Positions 48,756 through 60,914 of a DNA stretch of 64,000 bases are shown piece after piece. The DNA comes from Mustelus asterias (lineage: Eukaryota). A program made the position numbers and the translations under genes. Under the pieces are notes generated by a model. The model was given only the letters and a program-made list of their open reading frames with translations, did no database searches and was not told the origin of the DNA. The first letter of the stretch is position 1, and every line of letters starts with the position of its first letter. Where the stretch lies: NCBI RefSeq assembly GCF_964213995.1, contig NC_135802.1, positions 142,476,001 through 142,540,000 of the forward strand, read 5' to 3'.

Positions 48756-49957
48756 ATCATTCTACTCCTTTCTACCTAATGTATTAATCAAGTTCTCTCA
48801 TCAATCCTCAACCATTCCAAGTTCTACATTTTACCCACAGAGGTGTAAAGAAATTAGGAAGATATTTGACACTATTAAGGAAATCAGTAAAGAGGAAATC
48901 CTGTGGAAATTGTAGCCTTCAGCATTGTGGGAAATGGATGATCGAAGTTAGAGGGGAGACCAAAGAAGGAAAAAACCCTCCGGAAATGGAATCATTCTCA
49001 CCCAAAGAAGGAAAGGTGTTCTTACATCAGGCCAGTTGGCAAAGTTTGCAAGGAGAGCAAAATGATGGTTGGTTACTACAATACAAATGACATGGCACTG
49101 ATATTCTGTTGTTCATATCAAAACATCCATGAGTGCTTCAGCCAGGATTAATTGCAGTGATTACTATGTGGGAAAGAAAGGGGCAGGTACTCTGTACCAG
49201 CAATGGGTTCTAAGGGCAGACTTAAATGTGAAGAGGGAATGTGAGGGAAGGTGGAAATTATAGCGTGTGAGTAGAGTTAACCCAGTGCATGGTGCCAATG
49301 CTTAGGTGAAGAAAGGAGCTCAGAAAAACTTATTAGATACAGGAGTCGGCCATCCAGCCCATTGAGCCTGCTCACCATTCAGTAAGATCATGGCGGCTTT
49401 AATGGCACTTTCTTGCCTATTCCCCACGACCCTTGATTTTCTCAGTGGCCAGAATTGGAGGAATACAGTGACCCTTGAGGATGTAGGACTGGAGGAGGTT
49501 CCAGAAATAGTGAAGGGCAAGTCCATGAAGGACCTTAAGCATGAAAGCAAGAATTTTAAATTGGGAATGTTGTGGTTCTGGAAGCCAAGGAGGGTCATGG
49601 CGGACAGGGGTAATGATTCGGGGGACTTAATGCAGGATTGGATATTGACATCAGTTTAAAAATCAAAATAATCCCATCAAGTGTTTCGTGATATAACAGA
49701 AGTGGCTCTGTATTTTAATCTAATTTCATCATTTCTCCCCAGTTGGTTTCCATGGGTTACTGGGTAGCCTTTCACATAATGCATTAGAAATGGACAAAGA
49801 TGTGAATTGCAAGTAAGAAATAGTAGTAGGAAGAAAACAATCCCGTGAAAGATCAAAATAAAACCAGGAAATTCTGGAAATAGGCAGTCAACATTGGAAA
49901 GAGAAAATGAGCTTCATGTTTTCCATGTGACCCAATCATCTAAAATTCAACCTATTT

Positions 49958-50505
49958 TTTTTAATTCATTCATGAGACATAGGCATAGCTGACTGGCCAG
50001 CATTTATTGCCTATCCCTAGTTGTCCGAGGGCAGTTGAGAGTCAACGACATTGCTGTGATTCTGGAGTCACATAAGACCATAAGATATAGGAGCAGTATT
50101 AGGCCATTCGGCCCTTCGAGTCTGCTCCGCCATTCAAACATGGCTGATATGATTCTCATCCCCATTCTCCTGTTTTCTTCCTGTAGCCCTTGATCCCCTT
50201 ATTGGTCAAGAACCTATCTATCTCTCTCTTAAAGACACTCAATGACCTGGCCTTTAGGTCAGACCAGGCAGGGGCGGCAGAATTTCTTCCCTAAAAGGCA
50301 TTAGTGAACCAGGTATTTCTGACAACTTACAATGCTTTCATGGTCATTAGTAGATGACAGTATTGGCTTTTCAAGATTTTTTTTTCATTTAATTCAAATT
50401 CCACCATCTGCTGTGGTGGGATTCAAACTCGTGTCCCCAGAACATTAGCTGAGTTTCTGGATCAATAGTCTAACGATAATACCACAGGGCCATTGCCTCC
50501 CCATG
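49958..50505 (-). mobile_element. Third-family SINE with nested CR1 tail (50071-50253, -)
   Basis: SINE sequence ggagtcaca|...|taggtcagaccagg is split by a cataagaccataaga CR1 tail. Confidence 0.8.
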
Positions 50506-50946
50506 ATATATATCCAGGAAAGATGGCAGCCATTCTAGCTGTTGAACTGTATCATTGCTGCCATTTGGAACCATCTTATTTAAATTCTCCACGCTGTCCC
50601 TTTGCGAAGCAACATTGTAAAGTAATAACAGCAATGTTCAAAATGATAAAGGAATTCAATTGAACCTCAGTCTTCTGTTACTCACCTGGGATACTTTTAT
50701 TTAACAATTGCAGATAACAATTTTGATGGTCATAGCTAAGAGCTTTTGTTTTGTATGACGGAACAAGAGAAATGCATTAACTGATCATGCTTGATCTTGA
50801 AGGAAGATGTCCATTGCTTGCTTTATAAAACCATTGTAATTATAGCTGTGGTATTTCATATATTAGTTCTACAGGAACCTGCTCTCAATGCCAGTGAGGG
50901 TAACAATCAGAGAAAATCATCACGAATACACTGCGACCAGAGAAAA

Positions 50947-51047
50947 GCTCTGATGAGTCATCCAGACTCAAAACGTTAGCTCTGTTCTCTCTCCACAGAT
51001 GCTGTTAGACCTGCTGAGATTTTCCAGCTTTTTCTGTTTTCGTTTAT
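50947..51047 (+). mobile_element. Penelope-type terminus family 1 with hammerhead, TSD-flanked
   Basis: gct CTGATGA GTC-atcca-GAC TC AAAAC GTT agc; flanks gaccagagaaaa (50935) / gaccagggaaaa (51048). Confidence 0.78.
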
Positions 51048-51120
51048 GACCAGGGAAAACCTTGATCTTCCCCTTCTGTACATCTGAGGTGCTGCAGAAA
51101 GGGATCATAGCTGTCTTAAT

Positions 51121-51318
51121 GGCGAGAACTTTCAGCTCTTCACGCCAGCGGGATCTTCTGGTCCCACCGACAGTGCAGCTCCATTGTGGGTTTCTCAGTG
51201 GCATGGGGTGGAATCAATGGGAAATCTCATTGGTAGCGGCAGGGCCAGAATATCCCACCTCCGGCCAACAGCGGGCCGCCGAGAAATACATTGTGGAGCA
51301 GGCAAGAGAATCCTGTCC
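51121..51318. mobile_element. Harbinger-like MITE (medium family)
   Basis: Ends ggcgagaacttt / agaatcctgtcc; flanks aat/cat. Confidence 0.65.
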
Positions 51319-51557
51319 CATAGCATTCATTTCCCTCACATCAATGGGTTCCATACTTTTCCCATTGACTGATACTGGAATAGAGTTCCACACTGCCAGC
51401 CGTCATCTGACATCTTGTCCAAGTCACCATTTCTTATTTGTGTTCCTAACAGCTGAGCGTCGATATAGAGTGGGGGTTATTGAAGATGGAGATGTAAAGA
51501 GGAGGAATCATAGCCGACCCCACTACTGTCTTCCCTTGGAATCCACACAAATACAGT

Positions 51558-51683
51558 TGCCGGTATTTTACGACCTCGCTCGGGCGAAGCTCGTAAAATC
51601 CCGCCCGAGGCCAATGGAGAATTCTGTTCTGCCAGCCACACCCGCACCGATTGCGGGGCAGGCGTGGCAGTAAAATGCCGGCC
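51558..51683. mobile_element. Harbinger-like MITE (126 bp)
   Basis: tgccggtattttac / gtaaaatgccggcc; flanks agt/agc. Confidence 0.8.
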
Positions 51684-51939
51684 AGCGTGTACTGAGTGTG
51701 ACTCATGGTGATCAACTGTGAGAACCCTGGCTTATTTTTATCATCTCTTTGCCGCAAATTATTGAAGCCAATTCCAATCGTCACCCATGCTGAAGTTAAC
51801 AAACTCACTACAAGTGAAGAATCAAACTCAAGAACATTCTTAGTGTCATTATACCTATCCTTATCCATGGGATGTTTGAGGAGCTTCCCTTGAGTAAGGG
51901 ACAATCTAACTTTGTTTTGCGATGATTAAATAATTTGAT

Positions 51940-52430
51940 TGGGTAGCTACAGAGAATCCCTGGTAGGACAGATCAGAACAAGGGGGCATAACCTTAAAAT
52001 TAGAGTAAAGAGTCCAAAGGGATGTCATGTTGCCTTCAGTAAGAAGTCTCACAACACCAGGTTAAAGTCCAACAGGTTTATTTGGAATCACGAGCTTCCG
52101 GAGCATTGCTCTTTCCTCAGGTGACAACTCACCTGATGAAGGAGCAGCGCTGTGAAAGCGCTTGATTCCAAATAAACCCGTTGGACTTTAACTTGGTGTT
52201 GTGAGACTTCTTACTGTGCCTACCCAAGTCCAATGCTGGCATCTCCACATCATGTTGCCTTCGGAAAGGGGAGTGGAAATGTGGAACCTTTCCCTGCAAA
52301 ATGCTGCTGAGGCTCGATCGATTTAACATTTCAAAATTGAGATGGGTAGATTTTTTGTTTGATAAGGGTATCAGGGATGTGGAACAAAGGCAGGTACATA
52401 AAGTTCAGATACAAGTCAGCCATGATCTCA
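51940..52430 (+). mobile_element. Old CR1 3' fragment hosting a Penelope insertion
   Basis: RTRGHNLKIR remnant before the insert; tggaaatgtggaac and tail after it. Confidence 0.7.
52038..52253 (+). mobile_element. Penelope-type family 2 insertion: inverted termini, two hammerheads
   Basis: 88-bp inverted arms 52037-52124 / 52129-52216; TSD tcatgttgccttc at 52025-52037 and 52250-52262. Confidence 0.85.
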
Positions 52431-52724
52431 AAGAACAAAGAAAGTTACAGGAACAGGCCCTTCGGCCCTCCAAGCCTGCACCGACCATGCTGCCCGACTG
52501 AATTAAAACCCCCTACCCTTCCGGGGACCATATCCCTCTATTTCAATAAAAGATAAATAAAGTAAGTAATGTCTACTCCTGCTCCTCAGTCCTATGTTGA
52601 TAAACTCCCCAAAAAACTCTCAAAAGTTCATAAACATTGAATTAATGATACATGTCAAATAACGTTCACAATCACTGAATGATCTTTCACCATAATCAGG
52701 ATCAGACTTTATTCCAGATTTGAA

Positions 52725-53145
52725 GGGGCTGTCGTATGAGGAGCAAAGAACAGTACAGCACAGGAAACAGGCCCTTCGGCCCTCCAATAGCAGTTGAGTA
52801 GTTTGGGCTTGTACTCACTGCAGTACAGAAGAACAAAGGGGGTTTTGATTGAGGTATAGAAAATGATCAACAGGATTGATGAAGTAAATGTTAACCAATT
52901 GTTTTCCTTCTGGAACAGTCTGGTCATATTTGTAGAGTAAGAGGGGGAGGTTCAAGAGAGCGATATGGAGCTGCTACTTCTCACAGAGAGTTGTGAATCT
53001 ACGGAACTCACTGCCCCAGGGTGTAATGGATCCAGAATCAATCAATGGATTCAAGGGAAAGCGAGATAAATATTTGATCAAAAGCGGGATAAATGGCTCT
53101 GTCAAAAAGGCAGGAAATGGAGATAGGAAGAGATGAAGATCAGTC
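52725..53145 (+). mobile_element. CR1 3' fragment with a ~45-bp CR1 tail tip inserted in opposite orientation
   Basis: SYEE|insert|QLSSLGLYSL; FSQRVVNL.NSLPQ. Confidence 0.75.
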
Positions 53146-53396
53146 ATAGAATCATTGAATCCCAACATGACAGAAGGAGGCCATTTTCCCCATCGGGTCT
53201 GCACCAACCACAATCATTCCCAGGCACTATTCCTGGACCCCACATATTTACCCTTCTAACCACCCTGATGCTAACAGACAATTTAGCATGGCCAATCCAC
53301 CTAACCCACATGTCTTTAGACTGTGGGAGGAAACCGGAGCACCCGGAGGAAACCTACGCAGGTACAGGGAGAACGTGCAAACTCCACACAGACAGC
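53145..53396 (-). mobile_element. HE1 SINE lacking its head, fused to following LINE
   Basis: V domain and tail A; ends at acagacag. Confidence 0.88.
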
Positions 53397-54600
53397 TTAA
53401 TGTTCCAGGGTACAGATGCTATAGGAAAGGTAGAACAGGAGGTAAGAGAGGAGGGGGAGTTGCACTTTTGATAAGGGAAAGCATCACGGCCGTACTGAGA
53501 GGGGATTGAGGGTGATTTAGCGGTTTGGATCAGAAATTGGCTAGCTGTAAGAAGACAGAGGGTGGTGGTTGATGGGAAATGTTCATCCTGGAGTTCAGTT
53601 ACTAGTGGTGTACCGCAAGGATCTGTTTTGGGGCCACTGCTGTTTGTCATTTTTATAAATGACCTGGATGAGGGCGTAGAAGGATGGATTAGTAAATTTG
53701 CGGATGACACTAAAGTCGGTGGAGTTGTGGACAGTGCGGAAGGATGTTGCAGGTTACAGAGGGACATAGATAAGCTGCAGAGCTGGGCTGAGAGGTAGCA
53801 AATGGAGTTTAATGCGGAAAAGTGTGAGGTGATTCACTTTGGAAGGAGTAACTGGAATACAGAGTACTGGGCTAATGGTAAGGTACTTGGTAGTGTGGAT
53901 GAGCAGAGAGATCCCGGTGTCCATGTGCATAGATCCCGGAAAGTTGGCACCCAGGTTGATAGGGTTATTAGGAAGGCGTACGGTGTGTTAGCTTTTATTG
54001 GTAGAGGGATTGAGTTTTGGAGCCATGAGGTCATGTTGCAGCTGCACAAAACTCTGGTGCGGCCGAACTTGGAGTATTGTGTACAGTTCTGGTCGCTGCA
54101 TTATAGGAAGGATGTGGAAACATTGGAAAGGGTGCAGAAGCGATTTACCAGGATGTTGCCTGGTATGGTGGGAAGGTCTTATGAGGAAAGGCTGAGGGAC
54201 TTGAGGCTGTTTTCGTTAGAGAGAAGAAGGTTAAGAGGTGACTTAATAGAGGCATACAAGATGATCAGAGGATTAGATAGAGTGGACAGTGAGAGCCTTT
54301 TTCCTCGGATAGTGATGGCTAGCACGCGGGGACATAGCTTTAAATTGAGGGGCGATAGATATAGGACAGATGTCAGAGGTAGGTTCTTTACTCAGAGAGT
54401 AGTAAGGGAGTGGAATGCACTGCCTGCAGCAGTAGTGGACTCGCCAACATTAAGGGCATTTAAATGGTCATTGGATAAACATATGGATGATATTGGAATA
54501 GTGTAGGTTAGATGGGCTTTAGATTGGCTTCACTGGTCAGCGCAACATCGAGGGCTGAAGGGCCTGGACTGCGCTGTAATGTTCTATGTTCTTCTCTGTT
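53397..54600 (+). mobile_element. CR1 LINE ORF2, internally deleted (endonuclease piece fused to RT and C-terminus) with 3' tail
   Basis: QLNVPGYRCYRKGRTGGKRGGGVALLIRE (EN); [28 protein letters not shown] (RT); single TAG at 53796-53798 in place of Trp; 234-aa open C-terminal part. Confidence 0.96.
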
Positions 54601-54699
54601 CTATTTCCATCCTATTCATGTATTTGTCCATTCGCCCCTTAAAACTCACTATTGTATCTGCTTCCACTACATCCCCCGGCAGCAAGTTGCAGGCACAAA

Positions 54700-55110
54700 A
54701 GTTTATTTATCAGTGTCACAAGTAGGCTTACATTAACACTGCAATGGAGTTACTGTGAAACTCCTCTAGTCGCCACACTCCGGCACCTGTTCAGTTACAC
54801 TGAGGGAGAATTTAGCGTGGCCAATGCACCTAACCAGCACGTCTTTCAGACTGTAGGAGGAAACCGGAGGAAACCCACGCAGACAAGGGGAGAACGTGCA
54901 ATCTCCATACAGTCACCCCAGGCCGGGAGATTATGGGGATCAGGCAGGTAAATGGTACTGATCCACGTCAGATCAGCCATGATCTTATTGAATGGCGGGG
55001 CAGGCTCGAGGGGCTAGATGGCCTACTCCTGCTCCTATTTCTTATGTTCTTATGATCGAACCCGGGTCCCCGGCGCTGTGAGGCAGCAGTCCTGACCACT
55101 GTGCCACCAT
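54700..55110 (-). mobile_element. V-SINE tail B copy interrupted by a CR1 tail (about 54928-55053, +)
   Basis: SINE B-box region caggccggga|insert|gatcgaacccggg resumes. Confidence 0.85.
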
Positions 55111-56119
55111 ACCACCCATCTCATTGAATGGTGGAAGAATTGAATTGAGTTATTATTGTCACTTGTATTGGGATACAGTGAAAAGCATTGTTTCTTACGC
55201 CATAAACTGTATATCCTATAATGTTTTAAACAAAGATCTGGCAAGGAATGAACAGATGTAGGAAACAAAGCAAGGATGTTAAAGACCATTCGAATTAATT
55301 GTAATGTTTGAATTTTAAAGTGGTGGAGGTGACTGGATTTTCTTTCAACTAATTGGGTCTGGTTCCATCTAGAAAATCAGCTGCTTAACACAGGGCAGAA
55401 GTAATTTTATGTGATTCCTCTGAAGAGAGACGATTAGTGGCACGACTGGCTTCCATTTAAATCATCATATTGATATGATTGAGGTCAAAATAGATAAAGC
55501 TGTCTGGAAGATCTAGAATATCAGTCCTACTAGTGAATGTAATGGCTGTTTAGTTCTTTTTAAAATGAAGTGCTTCTTTTGGAACATAACGATTGTTTAT
55601 GACGTGAGATTTTGTACGAATGTCCAATCTACCAGACAGCCTGTTTTGTTTTTAAAATGTTAATTTTGTTTCGGTCAGAACTAATCTACCTTTAAAAATT
55701 TACACTGGTTTTGATCACCGGTGGGTGTCAGGGAGTCATTTTCTGCAGTTTCTTTTTCTTTTTGGCCCTGTGGTTTCTCTCTGGTTTTTCAGGTGCAATC
55801 TTACCGGCTGTTCACACCACGCTCCAGCTGCAGCCAGGTCGGTGAATTTGGCGCCCAGCCAAATCTCCATTCTCTGCAGCGGGGTGGGAAAATCCCGCCA
55901 GCGTGAACGGCCGTAACATTCTGGCCTTTGTCTTTCCCAGGAGCTTACAAGCGGAATTCTCCAGCCTATCCCACTGGTGGGATCTTCGGTCCCATTGAAG
56001 TCGAAGGCCCTAAGCTGTGGAATTCTCAAAACCCCTCTATCTCTTCACCTCTCCCTCCTAACGTCAGACCCTCCACGAAAGCCAACGCTTTGCTCAAGAT
56101 TTTGGTCACCTGATCCAAT

Positions 56120-56243
56120 GGCCGGAATTTTACCGCCTCGCCCGCCCCCAAACCAGGCAGGCGCGGCTCGCAGAACGGAAATCTCCGTTGGCCTTGGGTG
56201 GGATTTTATGATCTTGCCCAAGCAAGGTCGTAAAACCTCGCCC
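56120..56243. mobile_element. PIF/Harbinger-like MITE (124 bp)
   Basis: ggccggaattttac / gtaaaacctcgccc; perfect TSD AAT. Confidence 0.85.
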
Positions 56244-56299
56244 AATGACTCCTATTGCTTAGTGTAAATTTTTGTCCCATTGGGATGTTTTGCTGCCAT

Positions 56300-56550
56300 G
56301 GAACCATAGAAACCCTATAGTGCAGGAGAAGGCCATTTGAGTCTGCACCAACTGGATAAGATTCTCTATCCAGCCCCTACGCCCCCCCCCTCCCCCCCTC
56401 CCCCCGCCAACTCGCATCTATCCAGCCCCCTCCCCCCCACCATCCCAGTACCTCCCTATTCTCATAACCTCATACTTTTACCATGGCTAATCCACCTAAC
56501 CTATACATAATTGGACACTAAGGGGCAATTCACCATGGCCAATCCTCCTA
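56300..56550 (-). mobile_element. HE1-type tail with C-rich expansion
   Basis: catagaaaccctatagtgcagg...ggacactaaggggcaatt; internal duplicated tctatccagcccc and C runs. Confidence 0.65.
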
Positions 56551-57709
56551 ACTTTAAAGGGCTAGATAAGTACAATTTATTACTGTAGCCGGTATAGGAA
56601 GAATGGAATGTGTCCCGAGCTAATGTCCTTCCTATATTGTATGGCAAAATATTTCTGTATCTATTAACGCTAAAAAGGGAAACTCATGCTTTGTTGAAAT
56701 ACAATGCGATTAATCAATTCTTGTTCAACTGAATCCAAAGAATTCTATTGAAGACTCCTCTTTAAATCCTTATGATCTACTGCTGTGTCTTTATCGCTAC
56801 ACAAAAGATATATGTTTGAAGAGGCAAAAAAAACAATTTTTTCATCATATCCCACAATGCACCAATCTGTGGTGGGGATTTTCCGATCCTTTCGGGGCCT
56901 GTGTTCTGCCACTTGCAGGATCTTCCAGTCCTGCCGATGCCTACGGCGTCTTGCAAGGCTTGTCTGACCCGCCGCTGTGCGGGGTGGCGGGGTGGAGTTG
57001 GGGGTTCACTTTCGGCAGGTCCGAAAGATCCCACCGACGAGAAGGTCCGGAAAACCCAGTCCCCTGTGCCAAAATTATTTATGTGGTAAATGTTCCCTCT
57101 TTTATTTCCACTCAGCAGCTCCTGCTGGTTCATAGCCTTGTCACTTCCCCTTTGACTACTCCAGCACTAACTCAGTGGTCACCCAACTTCTTTCATTCAA
57201 ACACTCCATCTTATCTCCAAAACTCTACACTCATGTTTGTTGCCTTGCCATTTCATTCGTTCGTCATTCCCACCCTCACCCTCCCTCCTTCATCACTGAC
57301 CTTGATAGTCTCCCTCTTGTTCCTTAACATATTAAATTTAAACCATGTCCTCACCTGTAAATTCTCCTCCAATTTGGCCCCACCTGTCCGTCCAAGCTCC
57401 TGCATCCTTCCCCTGATTCTAGTCCGTTTATCAATCCCTCTCTTCTCTCATCACGCAAGTGTTGGTGGAACTTTTGTTTAGCCTGACCCTAATCGATCGC
57501 ACTCCCTTCTTTTCACCTCTCTCCCTCCTTTTTCCCCTTTAAGAATTGCCTCAAAACTCACCTTTTCGTCCAAGCTTTCCTTCTCACTTCCCGATCTCTC
57601 ACTCCCTGACTTGATGTTTATTCCCAGAGTCCATCCCTGATTTGAAGTGGGGATGCAGCATATTCACATCACAAGAATAATTGTGGCCAAGAGGAATGTT
57701 CCTCAACAT

Positions 57710-58025
57710 TATATCCCTACAGTACAGAAGGAGGCCACTCAGCCCATCAAGTCTGCACCCACCACAATCCCACCCAGGCCCTATTCCTGCACCCCACATA
57801 TTTACCCTGCTAATCCCCCTGACACTAGGGTCAATTTAGCATGGCCAATCAACCGAACTCACACATCTTTGGACTGTGGGAGGAAACCGGAGCACCCGGA
57901 GGAAACCCACACAGACACAGGGAGAAAGTGCAAACTCCACGCAGACAGTGACCGAAGCTGGAATTGAACCTGAGTCCCCAGCGCTATGAGGCAGCAGTGC
58001 TCACCACTGTCCCACCGTGCCGCCC
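57710..58025 (-). mobile_element. HE1 SINE, tail A
   Basis: Full-length copy. Confidence 0.93.
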
Positions 58026-58153
58026 ATTGATGTAGGACACTTTTCCTCTTGCATTTCCAACATAAAGCACGACAGCACTCAACTTCCCTCTGCTCTGAAA
58101 GCCACCCGATAGATTGCATTGAGTGTGTGAACCTCTCAGCATAGGAACACTGT

Positions 58154-58238
58154 ACCATGCTGGAGGTACATTGCCCTTGGTCACCGTGCTGGAGGTACAC
58201 TGCCTTGGTCACCGTACGGGAGGTAACCCTTCCCCTTG
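58154..58238. repeat. Minisatellite, 3 x 28-29 bp
   Basis: accatgctggaggtacattgcccttggtc / accgtgctggaggtacactgccttggtc / accgtacgggaggtaacccttccccttg. Confidence 0.85.
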
Positions 58239-59403
58239 ATCCACGGCAAGTGTGGCAGGCTCGCACTTTGTTCCAGTCAGTTGTCACACACTAGAAAATG
58301 CTCTGCTCTTCACAGCTGTCAAACTTCACATTTATAAGCGCGCGCTGAAGTAAAAATCACAAACATCTGCAATGTCAGGATAAATAATGGCCGCATCCAT
58401 CTTTCTCAACCAGCCCGAAATAAATGCAGTGTATTTAATCAGCAGGATCAAATTGTTTCATTTACCGCAGTGAATGACCTGTTCCTTGATACTGAATACA
58501 GCTGGATTATCTGGAGGTTGGGGCTGTTCCTGTCTTTTGTCTTGTTTTACAGCTGTGCAGTCACATATCACCTCTGACTTGCAGGCAGATGGATGGTCTT
58601 TTTTTACTTTTCCAACCCACTGAGATCATCAATCCTAATTGTCTGGGAGCGTAATACAGTGCAGGGTTGATTACCACGTTCAGCTGCTTTCCAGCACGGT
58701 TGACTCTTCTGATATGCAAATCTGATGTTTGGGCTGGATAATGGCATGCCGGATTGGTTAGGTGGCCATTCCTCATTCTTTAACTAGATTCTTACGTCGG
58801 CCGATTCACAGGGTTTGCATTTTACCGGGAAGTCTGGATGTGTTCCTTGCTTTTGATCAAACTCAACAGTTTCCAATTTCACAAAGTGGATTGTCGGAAA
58901 AAGTCCACTAGTTAAGGGAATTCTGCAGTTCTGCATCAAAGTTCGACCTCAATAGGTGTCATCGCAGTTTGCAATCGTTATATTACACTGCGCATTTGTT
59001 TTAATGAATCCATGAATGTTGTTTGGCAATGTGTTTCTGGATTTGTTGAAACTAGCAGAGTAAACTGTTGGGGATACACTCGTGCTTTGTTGAAATGCAG
59101 TGTGATTAATCAATTGTTGTTCAACTGAACCCAAAGGATTCTGCCGAGACTCTTTTTTCAAACCATTATGATCTACTGCTGTGGCATTGTCTAACTTACA
59201 TTGCGCAAAATGTGGCGATTTAAACTTATTTAAACATTGTGTAAAGTATAAATAGTGAGCCGAATAACTTGTTGTCAGCTTCAGCTCAGCAGCTTACGAG
59301 CAGGTAGATTGTGGACCCAAGGTCCCCTCTATAAACTTCAGCATAAATCCATGCCAATACTCCGAGTGGAGTATGGAGGGAGTGCTGCACTGTCACAGAT
59401 CTT

Positions 59404-59528
59404 GGCCAGAACTCTCCCACCTCGCCTGCCACAGAATCGGAGCGGGCGAGGGTCCAACAACAGAAATCTCCATTGACCTCGGGCAGGAATTTCTGGTCTC
59501 GCTCGAGCAGGGCCATAAAATTCCGTCC
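59404..59528. mobile_element. Harbinger-like MITE inserted in a Deu-SINE (about 59300-59600, +)
   Basis: Flanks ctt/ctc; gagggagtgctgcactgtc before and gttgaaccgaggc...gatgtaaaagatc after. Confidence 0.75.
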
Positions 59529-59753
59529 CTCATCTTTCACGTCACATGTTGAACCGAGGCTCCCGCCTGCCCTGCCAGGTCGATGTAAAAGATCTCCGAG
59601 TATCGCTCGGATTGGAATTGGTGGTGTTCAGGCCAAAGGTTGCTCTGTAGTGCAGTGATATTTACCTTCAACAAGTTGTCCGTTGTCCAAACTGTTCTTG
59701 ACAAATCTTTTAAATTCCAGCTCGCATGCTGCACATTTATGATGAAAGATTAT

Positions 59754-60897
59754 GGGGGCGATTCACCCATCTCGTTGCACTAATTTTTCAGCACAGTAGG
59801 CCGGGCGATTTTTGCATTGGCCAATTCGCAGGGTTCGCGCGTGCGTTCCTGCCCTGATAGCGTCTCCCAGCGTTGGATTTCAGGTGGCGTCAGATCCACG
59901 CCAGAAATCAGCGGGGAGGCACCAAGACCATTTAAATGGTCATTTCAATATTATTTAAATGTGATTAGTGAGCCTGGGACTGAAGTCTCCGGGCCCGCGA
60001 GCATCTCACCCCCCCTAACCCCCCCCCCCCCCCCCCAGCCAGAGTGGTTCACTCCAGCGGGGATTACAGTCACTCCCCACTAGCGGGGAACAAGTGGCCC
60101 GACCCTGCTGGAGTATGGGGAGGCAATTGGATTCCCAACCGAGGGTCGGGCAGCAAGGGGTTTTCCCCCTGGGCATTGGCACCTTGGCAGTGCCAGCCTG
60201 GGCATTCTGACACTGCCTAAGGGGCAAAGTGCCAATACCCAGGGGGCACATTGGCACTGCTGTCCATCAGACATGGGGCAGTGCCAAGAGCATAGGGCCT
60301 ATGGGGGCAGGACCTGGTGGGGCAATCGGTGGGGGTTCCTGCTGTCACTGCAGATGTAATCGGTGGGGGAAGGAGGGAGGCCAGCGAACGAGGTGGACTG
60401 AGGAGGGGGTGCGTGGTGAGGCTGCTGGGGCTGGGGGGGGGGTGGGACTACGGGACTGGGGAATCAGAGTGGGCAGGGGGGAGATCAGGGCTGCAGGGGG
60501 CATGGGGGGATCAAGGCTGGACCTGGACATGCTTGGGGGGCCAGCAGTCGGGCCATGGATTTGGGGGGGTGGCAGAGGGCCGGCATTGTGAGGTCTGGCC
60601 AGCAATTGGGAGGTTGGCAGTGCGTGGCTACTGTAGATGCGCCAATTATGGCGCTGACAGATCTCTCAGGGCCGCAATCGGCAGCATGCACAGTGGCCCG
60701 CTCAGCGCTATGCCTCTGGCATCTCCAGCAGGAATAGGCCCCGTCCACTGATTTTTAATAATATTCATGCGAGTGCACTCTGCATTGTACAGAGAGTGGA
60801 AGATTCTTCTCTGAACTTGCACTGAAAAAACCAGCATGAATTACTCCAGTTTTCACGCAAATTCGACACTCAGAATTTTTGGAGGAGAATTCTGGCC
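59754..60897 (+). mobile_element. Full-length non-autonomous Harbinger-like element (1144 bp)
   Basis: TIRs gggggcgattcacc / ggagaattctggcc; perfect TSD TAT (59751-59753, 60898-60900); no transposase-like ORF. Confidence 0.82.
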
Positions 60898-60914
60898 TAT
60901 CTACCTGAAATATT

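Noticed and set aside
51062-51904. 203-aa and 152-aa overlapping ORFs
   Set aside because: Both run through MITEs; no recognisable domain
55740-55926. Strong polypyrimidine acceptor and apparent exon
   Set aside because: The would-be exon starts exactly at a MITE terminus
56816-57481. 221-aa ORF
   Set aside because: Composite of a MITE, a pyrimidine-rich tract and an L2 remnant
58154-58238. CRISPR-like 28-29-bp repeats
   Set aside because: Head-to-tail without spacers, no cas genes, vertebrate context
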